DNA of 32,000 nt from Mucisphaera calidilacus (lineage in GTDB: Bacteria; Planctomycetota; Phycisphaerae; Phycisphaerales; Phycisphaeraceae): assembly GCF_007748075.1 (NCBI RefSeq), contig NZ_CP036280.1:3060001-3092000 (forward strand), given 5' to 3'. Every line of letters starts with the position of its first letter. Within the stretch, counting starts at the first letter, position 1. Positions 1 to 12,747 of this stretch are shown here, in pieces. The position numbers and the translations under genes were made by a program. Under the pieces are notes generated by a model. It was not told the origin of the DNA and did not search any database. It saw only the letters and a list, made by a program, of their open reading frames with translations.

Positions 1-1640
1 GGGGGCGGCGACGTGGTGTACCACTCCAGCGTGTTCGCGCCCCACGGGTTCGCCGAGGCCTTGCGACCCGCCCAGAACGAGTGGAGCCAGTTGTAGAGCA
101 CGATGAACAGCCCGATCGACAGCAGGTAGGAGCCATAAGTCGAGAAGGCGTGGTAGAAGGCGTACTCGTCGAGGTAGTGGGCGTACCGGCGGGGCATGCC
201 CTTGGTGCCGGCCAGGAACTGGATGAAGAACGTCGCGTTAAAACCGATGAACGTGACGATCGCACCGATCCGGCCCGTCGTCTCGTTGTACATGACGCCG
301 AACATCTTCGGCCACCAGTAATACATGCCGCCGATGAACGCGAAGAGCGTCGAGCCGACCATCACGTAGTGGAAGTGAGCCACAACAAAGTACGTGTCGT
401 GGAAGAAGATGTCCGTCGACAGCGTCGCCAGGAACAGGCCCGTCAGCCCGCCGATGGCGAACAGCCAGATGAAGCCGATGGCGTAGAGCATCGGCGTGTC
501 CAGGCGGATCTGCCCACGCCACATCGTCGCCAGCCAGTTGAACACCTTGATCGCCGAGGGAATCGCCACGCTCATCGTCAGCAGCGAGAAGATCGCGTTG
601 AGCATCGACGACTGGCCCGAGGTGAACATGTGGTGGCCCCACACGATGAACCCGAAGACCGCGATCGCCACCGACGAGAAGGCGATGAACTTGTAGCCGA
701 AGACGTGCTTGCGGGAGAAGGCCCCGATCAGCTCAGAGACCACGCCCAGCGCCGGGAGGATCATGATGTAGACGGCGGGGTGGGAGTAGAACCAGAAGAA
801 GTGCTGGTAGAGCACCGGGTCGCCGCCCAGCGCCGGGTCGAAGATGCCGATGCCGAGCATACGCTCCGCCGCGAGCAGCAGCAGCGTGATCGCCAGCACC
901 GGCGTCGCCAGGATCTGGATCAGCGCGGTGGCGTACAACGCCCAGATGAACAGCGGCATGTGAAACCACGTCATCCACTTGGGACGCATCGTGTGCACGG
1001 TCGCGATGAAGTTCAGGCCCGTCAGGATCGACGAGAAGCCGAGAATAAAGACGCCAAGCGTCGCCGCGACCACCTGCGTGCCGGTCTCGGTCGAGTAAGG
1101 CGTGTAGAACGTCCAGCCGGTGTCCAGACCGACAGGCAGCCAGTCCGGCGGGTTGATGCCATACGCGTAGAGCACCGTGCCGATCACGCCGCTGAGCAGG
1201 ATCCAGACGAAGAAGACCATCCCGATCATGTAGAGATACCACGACGTCAGGTTCAGCTTGGGGAACGCCACGTCCTTCGCCCCGAGCATGATCGGCAACG
1301 CAAAGTTGCCCAGGATCGCCGGGATCGCCGGGATGATGAACAGGAACGTCATCACCGCGCCGTGCAGCGTGAACGAGTGGTTGTAGAAATCGTTCGAGGC
1401 GGTCTCGTCCGCGAGCAGCGTCCACTCGTTGCTCAGCAACTCGGTGCGCACCACGATCGCGAACACGCCGCCGAGGAAGAACGAGAAGAGCACGAAGCCC
1501 ATGTACATCAGGCCGATACGCTTGTGGTCCACCGTCGACAGCCACGACCACAGGCCCTTGCCTGCCGTCAGGTAGTTGTCCTCGTGGGCCTCCTGGCCCT
1601 GCCCGCCACCGATCGAACCGGGTTGTGTCACAACCGACAT
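1..1640 (-). CDS. ctaD: Cytochrome c oxidase subunit I (heme-copper oxidase, caa3-type); 3' end truncated by window start
   Basis: Absent from the ORF track (no stop inside the window). The minus-strand frame starting at ATG 1640-1638 stays open to position 1. My translation starts [48 protein letters not shown]. An internal stretch reads [19 protein letters not shown]. The window-edge part reads [37 protein letters not shown]...[17 protein letters not shown]. These are classic subunit I motifs. It sits 60 nt downstream of subunit II. Confidence 0.9.
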   Translation of the reverse strand, partial: MSVVTQPGSIGGGQGQEAHEDNYLTAGKGLWSWLSTVDHKRIGLMYMGFVLFSFFLGGVFAIVVRTELLSNEWTLLADETASNDFYNHSFTLHGAVMTFLFIIPAIPAILGNFALPIMLGAKDVAFPKLNLTSWYLYMIGMVFFVWILLSGVIGTVLYAYGINPPDWLPVGLDTGWTFYTPYSTETGTQVVAATLGVFILGFSSILTGLNFIATVHTMRPKWMTWFHMPLFIWALYATALIQILATPVLAITLLLLAAERMLGIGIFDPALGGDPVLYQHFFWFYSHPAVYIMILPALGVVSELIGAFSRKHVFGYKFIAFSSVAIAVFGFIVWGHHMFTSGQSSMLNAIFSLLTMSVAIPSAIKVFNWLATMWRGQIRLDTPMLYAIGFIWLFAIGGLTGLFLATLSTDIFFHDTYFVVAHFHYVMVGSTLFAFIGGMYYWWPKMFGVMYNETTGRIGAIVTFIGFNATFFIQFLAGTKGMPRRYAHYLDEYAFYHAFSTYGSYLLSIGLFIVLYNWLHSFWAGRKASANPWGANTLEWYTTSPP

Positions 1641-1700
1641 CGTCACATTCCTTCACATCACGGCGGCGGGATCATGCCCGACGCCTGGCATCCCGCCTTC

Positions 1701-2780
1701 TCACTGGGTCTCGGTCTCACCCTCGGTCGGGGCGAGCTTGTCCCAGTCCGTCTCGACCGTCCCCTGATAGTTCTCGCTGATCGTCTTGAGGTACTCGATG
1801 ATCGCCGTGATCTCGAGATCGCTCAGCCGCCCCTTGTAAGAGGGCATCACGTTCTGATACCCGTTCACGATGTTCGCGCCCGGGTAGATGATCGACTCGC
1901 GGATGTAGTTCTCGTCGGCCTCGTAAGACCCGTTGTTGTGCACGCCCTGCTTGCCGTAGAGATCCTTGAAGCTCGGCCCGATCTTCGAGGTGCCGTCAAG
2001 GCTGTGGCACGACAGGCACCCGCCCTTGCCGCTGGCGATCTTCGCGCCCGCCTCAGCGGGCGACACCTTGCGGATGTCCGCCGCCGACTCCAGCCACGCG
2101 GCGAAGTCCGCCGGCCGGAGCACGTACACCGTGGCGAGCATCTGCGAGTGCTGATTGCCGCAGTACTCGGTGCAGAACAGGTTGTGCGTGTTGGCCCTGA
2201 TGCCCAGATCATTGCCCTCCAACGCCACCGCGGTCTCGTCATCAAACGACGTCTCGAACCACAGCTTGTTGTAACGGCCCGGAACGCAGTCCTTCTTCAC
2301 GCGGAAGTCGGGGATAAACACCGAGTGGATCACGTCCGACGACTGCATGACCAGCTCGACCGGGCGGTCAGCGGGCACGTACAGGTTCTGATCCGTCACG
2401 CCGTTGGGGTACTGGAACAACCAGCCCCACTTGAAGCCGGTCACCACAATCTGATACGTGTTCGACGGCGCCACCGCCATGTCCCGATACCCCACGAAAC
2501 CCATCGTGAAGAAGACCAGCACCGCGATCACCGGCGGCGCGGTCCAGAGCAGCTCGACCACCGTGCTGTGCGACGGGCCGTCGCCCACCGCGTCGCGGTC
2601 CGTCTGACGGTACCTCCACGCGAAGTAGAACATCAGGAAACCGATGATCAGGAAGCAGACCACGCTCACCCAGTAAATGGCATAGAACGTCGTGTCCACG
2701 GAGCCGGCCACGGTCGAGGCCTGCTTGGGCATCCAGCCCATCAGCCAGTCACTCAGAGTAGAAGCCATCAATGTCGGCAT
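1701..2780 (-). CDS. ctaC: Cytochrome c oxidase subunit II with fused C-terminal cytochrome c domain (caa3-type)
   Basis: Two N-terminal TM helices. CuA ligand pattern HSVFIPDF ... FCTEYCGNQHSQM. C-terminal c-type heme motif CLSCH with downstream NVMPSY. The ATG at 2780 is preceded by aaggtaAGGAtcg. Confidence 0.9.
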   Translation of the reverse strand: MPTLMASTLSDWLMGWMPKQASTVAGSVDTTFYAIYWVSVVCFLIIGFLMFYFAWRYRQTDRDAVGDGPSHSTVVELLWTAPPVIAVLVFFTMGFVGYRDMAVAPSNTYQIVVTGFKWGWLFQYPNGVTDQNLYVPADRPVELVMQSSDVIHSVFIPDFRVKKDCVPGRYNKLWFETSFDDETAVALEGNDLGIRANTHNLFCTEYCGNQHSQMLATVYVLRPADFAAWLESAADIRKVSPAEAGAKIASGKGGCLSCHSLDGTSKIGPSFKDLYGKQGVHNNGSYEADENYIRESIIYPGANIVNGYQNVMPSYKGRLSDLEITAIIEYLKTISENYQGTVETDWDKLAPTEGETETQ

Positions 2781-2873
2781 CGATCCTTACCTTGCTGGGA
2801 TGCTTCCCGATAGCACAAGCCCGATCTCGAGCCTGTAAGTCTGTGCTGTCTTCCCGCCCCTCAGGGCCACGCG

Positions 2874-3743
2874 TCACGCCGCAGCCGTTCTTCGGCCGCG
2901 GCGACGGATGCGCTCGTAGAGGAACAACGCCCCGACGCCCACCGCCAGGGCCGTCACCGTCAACGCCGCGCCGATCCGCATCAGCCCCATCGCGAGCGGA
3001 ACATACCTGCCCTCGGCAGCGTCGTACTGCCAACAGGTTAGAAGAATTCTGTCGAGTGTCGAACCGATTTTCCCCTCGCTCGCCTCAACCAGCGACAGCC
3101 TCACGGTCCGGGCCGGATAGTTGAGCATCACGAAGTATCTTGAGATCCGACCCTCCGGAGATAACACAATAATCGCGGCCGCGTGCGAGTACTGATCCTG
3201 CCGCTCGATGTACCGATACTTGAAACCGACCGAGTCCGCGAGTGACTTGATGTCCGCCTCACCACCGGTCAGAAACGACCAGCCCTCTGCGACCGCCGGG
3301 TCCATCCCCGTGAGAACTTCCTGCTTCCGCGCCATCGCCTCCTCAGGCGTCTCGCGCGGGTCGATCGTCGCCGTCACGATGTGGTAGTCCTCGCCGGGAA
3401 CCCAGTCCATCTCCTCGACGAGGTCGCTGATCGAATCCATCACCAGCGAGCAGAGCATCGGGCAGCGGTAATACCCCAGGTTCAGGATCACCGGCCGATC
3501 GGGCTGGAAATACTCCGAGAGCTTCACCGCCCGGCCGTGCTCGTCAACAAAGTCCAGCCCGAGGGGGATCGTCTGGCCGAGATTCGACTCGTCCACGTCG
3601 ATGCCCTGCATCTCCGCGGGCACCAGCTCGACCCGGTCGGGCGGGGTCTGGGTCTGGGTCTGGTCGTACGCAAACCCGGTCACCAGCAGCCAGAATGCCG
3701 CCGGGAAAACAAGCCATCGCGTCATCGCTGCCATGCCGGGCAT
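2874..3743 (-). CDS. SCO1/SenC-family copper chaperone (thioredoxin fold), membrane anchored
   Basis: N-terminal TM/signal segment. CxxxC copper motif in YYRCPMLCSLV. Conserved downstream His in YSHAAAIIVLSPEG. GGAG lies 4 nt upstream of the ATG. Located between the ACIII and oxidase genes. Confidence 0.85.
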   Translation of the reverse strand: MPGMAAMTRWLVFPAAFWLLVTGFAYDQTQTQTPPDRVELVPAEMQGIDVDESNLGQTIPLGLDFVDEHGRAVKLSEYFQPDRPVILNLGYYRCPMLCSLVMDSISDLVEEMDWVPGEDYHIVTATIDPRETPEEAMARKQEVLTGMDPAVAEGWSFLTGGEADIKSLADSVGFKYRYIERQDQYSHAAAIIVLSPEGRISRYFVMLNYPARTVRLSLVEASEGKIGSTLDRILLTCWQYDAAEGRYVPLAMGLMRIGAALTVTALAVGVGALFLYERIRRRGRRTAAA

Positions 3744-3755
3744 CGCTCCACGTCC

Positions 3756-4127
3756 TTACTCGCTCAGATCCCGGACCGTCAGTTCCATCGCACGGCCGAT
3801 CGGGATCGTGACCGTTCCCGCATCCTTGTCATTCCAACCATAGGCGCTCTCCGCCGCCGAGCCAGCACCGATGTTCGACAACTGCTCGTTCCGCAGGTCC
3901 TTCTCGGTGCGATCCGGCTCCACCGGGCTGACCGCCGCGTGCGGCCGGTTGAGCTGCTTGCGCTCCACCTCGATGCCGAAGGTGTACCGATAACCCGCCA
4001 CGGTGAGCATCACGATCGCCACCAGGATCGGGAACGCCATCGCCACGATCAGGATCAGATTGCTGACGCTGATCCCCAGCTCGTACTGCTCTTCCTTCGG
4101 CGCCGTCGTCGCGTTCGATTCCATCAC
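3756..4127 (-). CDS. Small single-pass membrane protein of unknown function; possible ACIII/oxidase accessory subunit (ActG-like by position only)
   Basis: One hydrophobic helix (ISVSNLILIVAMAFPILVAIVMLTVAG). G/T-ending codon bias like the other minus-strand genes. GGAGTGAG precedes the ATG at 4124 (the track start at 4127 is GTG). Tightly packed between actF (stop 4136) and sco (start 3743). No family recognised. Confidence 0.5.
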   Translation of the reverse strand: MMESNATTAPKEEQYELGISVSNLILIVAMAFPILVAIVMLTVAGYRYTFGIEVERKQLNRPHAAVSPVEPDRTEKDLRNEQLSNIGAGSAAESAYGWNDKDAGTVTIPIGRAMELTVRDLSE

Positions 4128-4135
4128 TCACTCCA

Positions 4136-5617
4136 TCAGATCTGCTTGAGCGCCAGGCACTCGGGCATACGCGGGTCGTGCACCGCCATCACGTGACGGC
4201 CCGCCGCCACACGCAGCAGCCCGTAGACGTAAAAGCACCCCAGCGACACCAGCAGGATCAACTCGACCGTAAAGCCGGGCAGCCTGGGCGTGCTGTACTC
4301 GGGCATGATCATCCAGTAGAGGTCCACCCAGTGCATCAGCAGCAGCCAGACCGCCGCCGCCGCCAGCCACGCCAGATTACGCTTGGTCTTGCGGGTCACC
4401 AGGTAGACAAACGGGATCAGCAGGTGGCCGAACAGCAGCGTCGCGCTGACCCACCACCAGCCCGTCGGCTCGTTCACAAATCGCTCCGCGATCGAGAGAC
4501 CGCGGTTCTCCAGCCAGTAGACCGTCTCCGGGATCGACGCGTACCAGAGCAGCATGAACTGGCTGAAGCTGATGTAGCCCCAGAAGAAGACGAACGCGAA
4601 CATCAGCTTGCCCAGGTCGTGGTAGTGCTCGATGTTCACCGCCGACTGCATGTACCCCCTGCTCTGCAGGTACATCGCCACCAGGACCGTCAGGCACAAC
4701 GCCGAGAGGAACCCGCCCGCAAAAACGATCACGGGCAGCATGGTCGAGTAGAACGCCGGGTCCAGCGACATGATCAGGTCAACCGTGCCGAAGAGAAGCG
4801 TGAAGGCGTAAAGCAGCACCAGCGGCGGAGCGTAAACCTCACGAACGCGTGACAGATCGGCCTCGCCCGAGGCGTCCTGCCGCTGACCCAGACCGAAGTA
4901 CCACCACGCCATACCGATCCACAACACGAAGTAGAGCACGACGCGGAGCGTGAAGAACCAGCTGTTGAGCCACCACGCCTTCGCCTTGACCATGTAGGCC
5001 ACCATCTCGCGGCCCGCGCCCATCATCTGCGGGTCACCCGCAGCGCCGTGATGTCCATCATCGTGATGAGCATCCGCGCCATGAGCGTCGGCGTCGTGGC
5101 GGTCGCCGTCGTGGCCCTCGGCGGCCTCATCCTCGGCCGTCATCACGATGTCCTCGTCGCGGAGCGTCACCGCGTAGGGATCAACCTGATCCACCAACGC
5201 GTGCCCGTCGCCGTGGTAACCCGTCATCTTCTCGTAAGGCTGGGCCCAGGGATAAAGAATGCCCGTGCCCGACCAGACCATCACCAGCACCGGGATGAAC
5301 AGCACCGCGACCAGACCGAGGTTCGCCGCGAGCGTCTCGGGAATCCGACGCAGCGAGGCGCACCACGAGGCCCGGAACAGGTGCGTCCCGAGCACAAAGA
5401 ACAGCCCGCCCAGCGACACCGTCAGGTAGAAGCTGGCGTTGAGCAGGTAAGCGTGCGCGAAACGCTCCCAGCCGTTCGCCGAGAAGATCGCGATCGCCAA
5501 CGCGACAAACAGCAGGATGAACCCGCCGACCAGCAGCGTCGAGCCCGACTCGACCACCCGCTCGTCCAGGCGACGCTTGTCCGTTTCTTCAAGTTCTCGT
5601 GGTCCGTGGTGCGACAA
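4136..5617 (-). CDS. actF: Alternative complex III subunit ActF (NrfD-like polytopic membrane subunit) with a His/Asp-rich inserted loop
   Basis: Multi-pass membrane protein in the actF position after actE. Trp/aromatic-rich helices typical of the ActC/ActF family. The track start is TTG at 5617 and there is no in-frame ATG nearby, so the start is uncertain. Confidence 0.75.
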   Translation of the reverse strand: MSHHGPRELEETDKRRLDERVVESGSTLLVGGFILLFVALAIAIFSANGWERFAHAYLLNASFYLTVSLGGLFFVLGTHLFRASWCASLRRIPETLAANLGLVAVLFIPVLVMVWSGTGILYPWAQPYEKMTGYHGDGHALVDQVDPYAVTLRDEDIVMTAEDEAAEGHDGDRHDADAHGADAHHDDGHHGAAGDPQMMGAGREMVAYMVKAKAWWLNSWFFTLRVVLYFVLWIGMAWWYFGLGQRQDASGEADLSRVREVYAPPLVLLYAFTLLFGTVDLIMSLDPAFYSTMLPVIVFAGGFLSALCLTVLVAMYLQSRGYMQSAVNIEHYHDLGKLMFAFVFFWGYISFSQFMLLWYASIPETVYWLENRGLSIAERFVNEPTGWWWVSATLLFGHLLIPFVYLVTRKTKRNLAWLAAAAVWLLLMHWVDLYWMIMPEYSTPRLPGFTVELILLVSLGCFYVYGLLRVAAGRHVMAVHDPRMPECLALKQI

Positions 5618-5663
5618 CGTTCTGCCCTGTCTATTGCTTCACAAACAGCTTCGGCCCGAGGCC

Positions 5664-6413
5664 TCAGCGTCCGAGGATCTCCACCCTGTCCGCCGGCACG
5701 TCCACCAGCTCGGCGTTCTGACTCCGCTGCAGTGCCCGGATGTAGAGGACGATCGCCCAGCGGTCCTCCTCGTTGATCACGTGGCCGTAGCCCGCCATGT
5801 TCCGGATGCCGTAGGTGATCGTGTTGTACATCCGGCCGTCCTCGTACAGCTCGGAGCCGTACTGCAACTGCCCGGAGGTCGGATCAATCGTGTGCAGGTT
5901 CGAAGGCGGCACCCACGAGTTGTTCCCCGGGTCACGCGCCGACAGCCAGTTGGCCCGCTGATGGATCGGCCCCTTGCCGTAGCCGTCCTTGCCGTGACAC
6001 GGGTAACAGAAGGTGTCGAACTTCTTCTGCCCGCGGAGCATGGTCCGGTCGGAAACCTCGAAGCCCTCCGGGAAGCCACGGAAAAACTCGGTCTCGCCGT
6101 CAACCACCTTGAACCCGCGGTAGAAGTGATCGTCCTCACGCAGCTCGCCCCGCGCGACCGTGCCCGCGACACGCGGACGCATCGCACGCTCGTCCTCGAA
6201 GACCACCGAACTCTCCTGAGGCTTCGACGCCACGGTGTGGTCCATGCCCTGGAACAGGTGCACACGCGGACGCGGCTTGTACGACTGCCGCGACAGCAAC
6301 GCCATCGCCGGCGGGATCAGGGCAAAACTCGCCACCACCAGCACCGCCGCGATCAGCGGGAACGGAACCTTCGGCAGACGGAAGTTGATATCGGGGTCGT
6401 TCGGCCTCGCCAT
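5664..6413 (-). CDS. actE: Alternative complex III subunit ActE (membrane-anchored monoheme cytochrome c)
   Basis: N-terminal TM anchor (PFPLIAAVLVVASFALIPPAMALL). Single CxxCH motif (CYPCHG) with a distal Met region (NMAGYGHV). Operon position between actD and actF. Confidence 0.8.
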   Translation of the reverse strand: MARPNDPDINFRLPKVPFPLIAAVLVVASFALIPPAMALLSRQSYKPRPRVHLFQGMDHTVASKPQESSVVFEDERAMRPRVAGTVARGELREDDHFYRGFKVVDGETEFFRGFPEGFEVSDRTMLRGQKKFDTFCYPCHGKDGYGKGPIHQRANWLSARDPGNNSWVPPSNLHTIDPTSGQLQYGSELYEDGRMYNTITYGIRNMAGYGHVINEEDRWAIVLYIRALQRSQNAELVDVPADRVEILGR

Positions 6414-6424
6414 CGTCGCTCAGC

Positions 6425-7012
6425 TCACTCTTCAATGATTTCCAGCGACTCGGCACCGAGGTCGCGGAGGAAGTTGGACGTCGTCTCAGGATCGAAGCGC
6501 GGGTCTCGCGCCTCCACACAGATGAAAAACCGGTCGGCCGTCGCACGACGGAAGTTCTGGCTCTTGAACAGCGGGTGATAGAGCATCGGCAGCCCGTTCA
6601 ACCCCAGCATCGCGAACACCGCCGTGAACGCCGAGAACAGAATCGTCAGCTCGAAGATCGGCGGAATCCACGCCGCGAAACTGTTGAACGGCTTGCCCGA
6701 GATCAGGTACGGATAAGCCTCGAGGTTCACCCACAGCCACGTGTTGATCGGGCCGGCCATCGTGTACACGGTCAGGATGATGCCCGTCGACATCCCCAGC
6801 AACCCCGCCACCAGCACGAAGTAAGGCAGGATGGTCCGCTTCACGCCCATCTCCTCGTCGATCCCGTGGATCGGGAACGGCGCGTGAACGTCCCACTTCT
6901 CAAAACCCTCGTCGCGGCACTTGCGCACCGCCGGCATCAGCGTGTCCATGTCCTTGAACTCGGCGATGATGCCGTACAGGTCAGGCCCGGTCGTCGTCGC
7001 GTCAGCAGCCAT
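6425..7012 (-). CDS. actD: Alternative complex III subunit ActD (DUF3341-type)
   Basis: N-terminal soluble segment LYGIIAEFKDMDTLMPAVRKCRDEGFEKWDVHAPFPIHGIDE followed by two TM helices, typical of ActD. Its ATG overlaps the actC stop as ATGA at 7010-7014. Confidence 0.8.
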   Translation of the reverse strand: MAADATTTGPDLYGIIAEFKDMDTLMPAVRKCRDEGFEKWDVHAPFPIHGIDEEMGVKRTILPYFVLVAGLLGMSTGIILTVYTMAGPINTWLWVNLEAYPYLISGKPFNSFAAWIPPIFELTILFSAFTAVFAMLGLNGLPMLYHPLFKSQNFRRATADRFFICVEARDPRFDPETTSNFLRDLGAESLEIIEE

Positions 7013-8454
7013 CAGGCACCCCCCTTCTCGTCGTGACCATGATCATGACCGTGACCCTCGTGCGCCTGAGGCATCACGGACTTGACCTCCGCGATCGCCA
7101 CGATCGGCAGCACCTTCAGGAAGATCAGGAACAGGCTGAAGAACAGCCCGAACGAGCAGGCGAACATGCTGAAGTCGTAGAACGTCGGCTGGAAGTCGTC
7201 CCAGCTCGAGGGCAGGAAGTCGCGGTGCAGCGACGTCACCACGATGACGTAACGCTCGAACCACATGCCCGCGTTCACCGACATCGCCGCCAGCATCACC
7301 GTCCAGAGGTTCTGGCGGCACGGCTTGTACCAGAGGATCTGCGGGATCACGCAGTTGAGCGTGAACATGCACCAGAACCCGATCCACTTGTAAGGACCGA
7401 ACGGCCGGTTCAGGAACAGGAACTGCTCGAAGTGGTGGTTCGAATAGGCCGCGACGAAGAACTCCACCGTGTAGGCGAACGTCACGATCAGACCCGTGCC
7501 CAGCATCACCTTGCACATCAGGTCGATGTGCCGAGGCGTGATGATGTCCTGGATCCCGAAGATCGCACGGCTCGGGACCGCCAGCGTCAGCACCATCGCG
7601 AAGCCGCCGTAGATCGCACCCGCGACGAAGTAAGGCGGGAAGATCGTCGTGTGCCAGCCCGGCAGCTGCGAGATCGCGAAGTCGAACGAAACCACCGAGT
7701 GCACCGAGAGCACCAGTGGCGTCGCCAGCGCCGCCAGCAGCAGATACATCCGCTCGAAACGCTGCCAGTGACGGCTCGAGCCGTTCCAGCCCAGCGCCAG
7801 CACGCCATAAAACATCTGCGTCAGCCGGTTCTTCGCCCGGTCACGGATCGTCGCCAGGTCCGGCACCATGCCGACGTACCAGAAGGCCAGCGACACGCTG
7901 AAGTACGTCGAAACCGCAAAGACGTCCCAGAGCAGCGGCGAGCGGAACTGAGGCCACATCGCCATCTGGTTCGGATACGGGAACAGCCAGAACGCCAGCC
8001 AGGGCCGGCCGACGTGGATCAGCGGGAAGATGCCCGCACAGACCACCGCGAAGATCGTCATCGCCTCCGCGAAACGGTTGATCGACGTGCGCCAGTTCTG
8101 ACGGAACAAGAATAGAATCGCCGAGATCAGCGTCCCCGCGTGGCCGATGCCGACCCAGAACACGAAGTTGATGATCGGGAAGCCCCACGAGACCGGCTGG
8201 TTGTTGCCCCAGATGCCCACGCCCGTCACGAACAGAATGCCGATCTGGATGAAGAACAGCAACGCGAAGAAGCTCGCCGTCAGGAACGCCGCCCACCAGA
8301 TCGGGTTCGGCTTGCCCAACGCGATATCCACCACCTTGTCGGTCACCGACGTGAAGTCGTTCGCGCCGGTGATCAGCGGCGGACGCTCGGCCGGGTCGTC
8401 GTAGGTGTTGTCCGACGGGACACTCGTGATGTAGGAAGGGTTAATCGTCGACAT
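7012..8454 (-). CDS. actC: Alternative complex III subunit ActC (NrfD/PsrC-like quinol-interacting membrane subunit)
   Basis: 480-aa polytopic protein with NrfD-family character ([37 protein letters not shown]). Immediately downstream of actB. Has a His-rich C-terminal tail. Confidence 0.9.
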   Translation of the reverse strand: MSTINPSYITSVPSDNTYDDPAERPPLITGANDFTSVTDKVVDIALGKPNPIWWAAFLTASFFALLFFIQIGILFVTGVGIWGNNQPVSWGFPIINFVFWVGIGHAGTLISAILFLFRQNWRTSINRFAEAMTIFAVVCAGIFPLIHVGRPWLAFWLFPYPNQMAMWPQFRSPLLWDVFAVSTYFSVSLAFWYVGMVPDLATIRDRAKNRLTQMFYGVLALGWNGSSRHWQRFERMYLLLAALATPLVLSVHSVVSFDFAISQLPGWHTTIFPPYFVAGAIYGGFAMVLTLAVPSRAIFGIQDIITPRHIDLMCKVMLGTGLIVTFAYTVEFFVAAYSNHHFEQFLFLNRPFGPYKWIGFWCMFTLNCVIPQILWYKPCRQNLWTVMLAAMSVNAGMWFERYVIVVTSLHRDFLPSSWDDFQPTFYDFSMFACSFGLFFSLFLIFLKVLPIVAIAEVKSVMPQAHEGHGHDHGHDEKGGA

Positions 8455-8465
8455 AACTCACTCAA

Positions 8466-11645
<3,180 letters not shown>

Positions 11646-11674
11646 GCCCTGATCGCGGGCGTCAACCTGGGGGT

Positions 11675-12427
11675 CTAGCGATGGCACGTTGAACAACTCG
11701 TCATGTAGGCAATGGAGTGGATGTTGTACTTCTCTTTCAGCTCAAGACCGATACGCAGCTGAGCCTCTTCGTCCGTCTCGTCACCAACCTTCGGCAGCTC
11801 GAGGTGGTACGTCATCGACGTCACCTGATCCAGCGGACGCAGGTGCTTCTCCGGCTCGCGGTGACACTCGATGCACCAGCCCATGCTCAGGTTCTCGACC
11901 TGATACACGCCCTCTTCACCCATCTTGTCGACCCGGCCGTGGCACGAGTAACAGCCCACGCCCTTGTTCACGTGCGCCGAGTGGTTGAAGTAGGAATAGT
12001 CCGCGAGGTCGTGCACCTTGACCCACTTCACCGGCTTGCCCGTGCGGTAACTCTCGTACACCGGCTGCAGCTTGTCGCTGTTCTTACGAAGGCCCGCCGC
12101 GTCCGTCTCGGGGTTGTGACAGTTGATGCACGTCTGCGTCGGCGGGATCGCCGCGAACGCCGCGTCCTCCACCGTCGTGTGGCAGTAGGTGCAGTCCATG
12201 CCCAACTCACCCGCGTGCAGCTCGTGGCTGTAAGGCACCGGCTGCTCCGGGCGATAACCCGGGTTCAGCGTGCCCGCGCTCAGCGTCAGATACGTCGTCG
12301 CGGGGACATACATCCCCGCTCCCACGATCATCAGCAGCACCACGGGCAACAGATAATTCGCCCACGAGGGGAACACATAAGGCTGGTCACTTGAATCACT
12401 CATCGCCGTCTCTTCGGATCGACCCAC
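11675..12427 (-). CDS. actA: Alternative complex III subunit ActA (membrane-anchored pentaheme cytochrome c)
   Basis: N-terminal TM helix plus five CxxCH motifs: CTYCH, CINCH, CYSCH, CIECH, CSTCH. First gene of the block. The start is either GTG 12427 or ATG 12403 (MSDSSDQPYVF). Confidence 0.85.
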   Translation of the reverse strand: MGRSEETAMSDSSDQPYVFPSWANYLLPVVLLMIVGAGMYVPATTYLTLSAGTLNPGYRPEQPVPYSHELHAGELGMDCTYCHTTVEDAAFAAIPPTQTCINCHNPETDAAGLRKNSDKLQPVYESYRTGKPVKWVKVHDLADYSYFNHSAHVNKGVGCYSCHGRVDKMGEEGVYQVENLSMGWCIECHREPEKHLRPLDQVTSMTYHLELPKVGDETDEEAQLRIGLELKEKYNIHSIAYMTSCSTCHR

Positions 12428-12567
12428 TACGCGGAAATAACATAGTGGCTGTCAGAGCGCCCCGGTCACTCCATGCCGTTTACCTGTCCGTCCCGACAAC
12501 CCTGCGGGAGTGCGGACCTTATCGACTCTTAAGCCCCGATTCAAACCAGCTTTTCTGAAAGAATCAT

Positions 12568-12588
12568 GAGAACGGCCAACTCGTTCTC
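12568..12588. promoter_or_regulatory. Perfect 7-bp inverted repeat GAGAACG-N7-CGTTCTC in the divergent actA / lipoprotein intergenic region; candidate operator or RNA hairpin
   Basis: Read directly: GAGAACG at 12568-12574 and CGTTCTC at 12582-12588. A third GAGAACG half-site sits at 12681-12687. The surrounding 287-nt region is visibly less GC-rich than the flanking genes. No known regulator motif recognised. Confidence 0.25.
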
Positions 12589-12747
12589 TTGGTGATTCCC
12601 AGTCTCAATTAGATAAAAACACCGACCGGCATCAGAACCGGAAACCGACCATCAAACGACGCCCAAGCCCACTGTTCCACGAGAACGATCCGCCCGAAGC
12701 AAAACCAAAAAAAAATGCACCTAAGTCGCTCACCCATCACTGCTACC

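Noticed and set aside
733-1656. 307-aa minus-strand ORF offered by the track where ctaD lies
   Set aside because: Wrong reading frame (GTG 1656). The translation is Arg/Gly/Pro-rich. The adjacent frame from ATG 1640 gives textbook subunit I motifs.
81-2813. 910-aa plus-strand ORF spanning the oxidase genes
   Set aside because: It is antisense to clearly recognisable ctaD and ctaC. Its translation is an Arg/His/Asp/Glu/Pro-rich low-complexity string with no domain features. It is a typical stop-free antisense frame in GC-rich DNA.
2813-2854. AGCACA...TGTGCT inverted repeat between sco and ctaC as a possible processing site or terminator
   Set aside because: It is a 6-bp stem with a loop of about 24 nt and no U tract. 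It is thermodynamically weak and is expected by chance.
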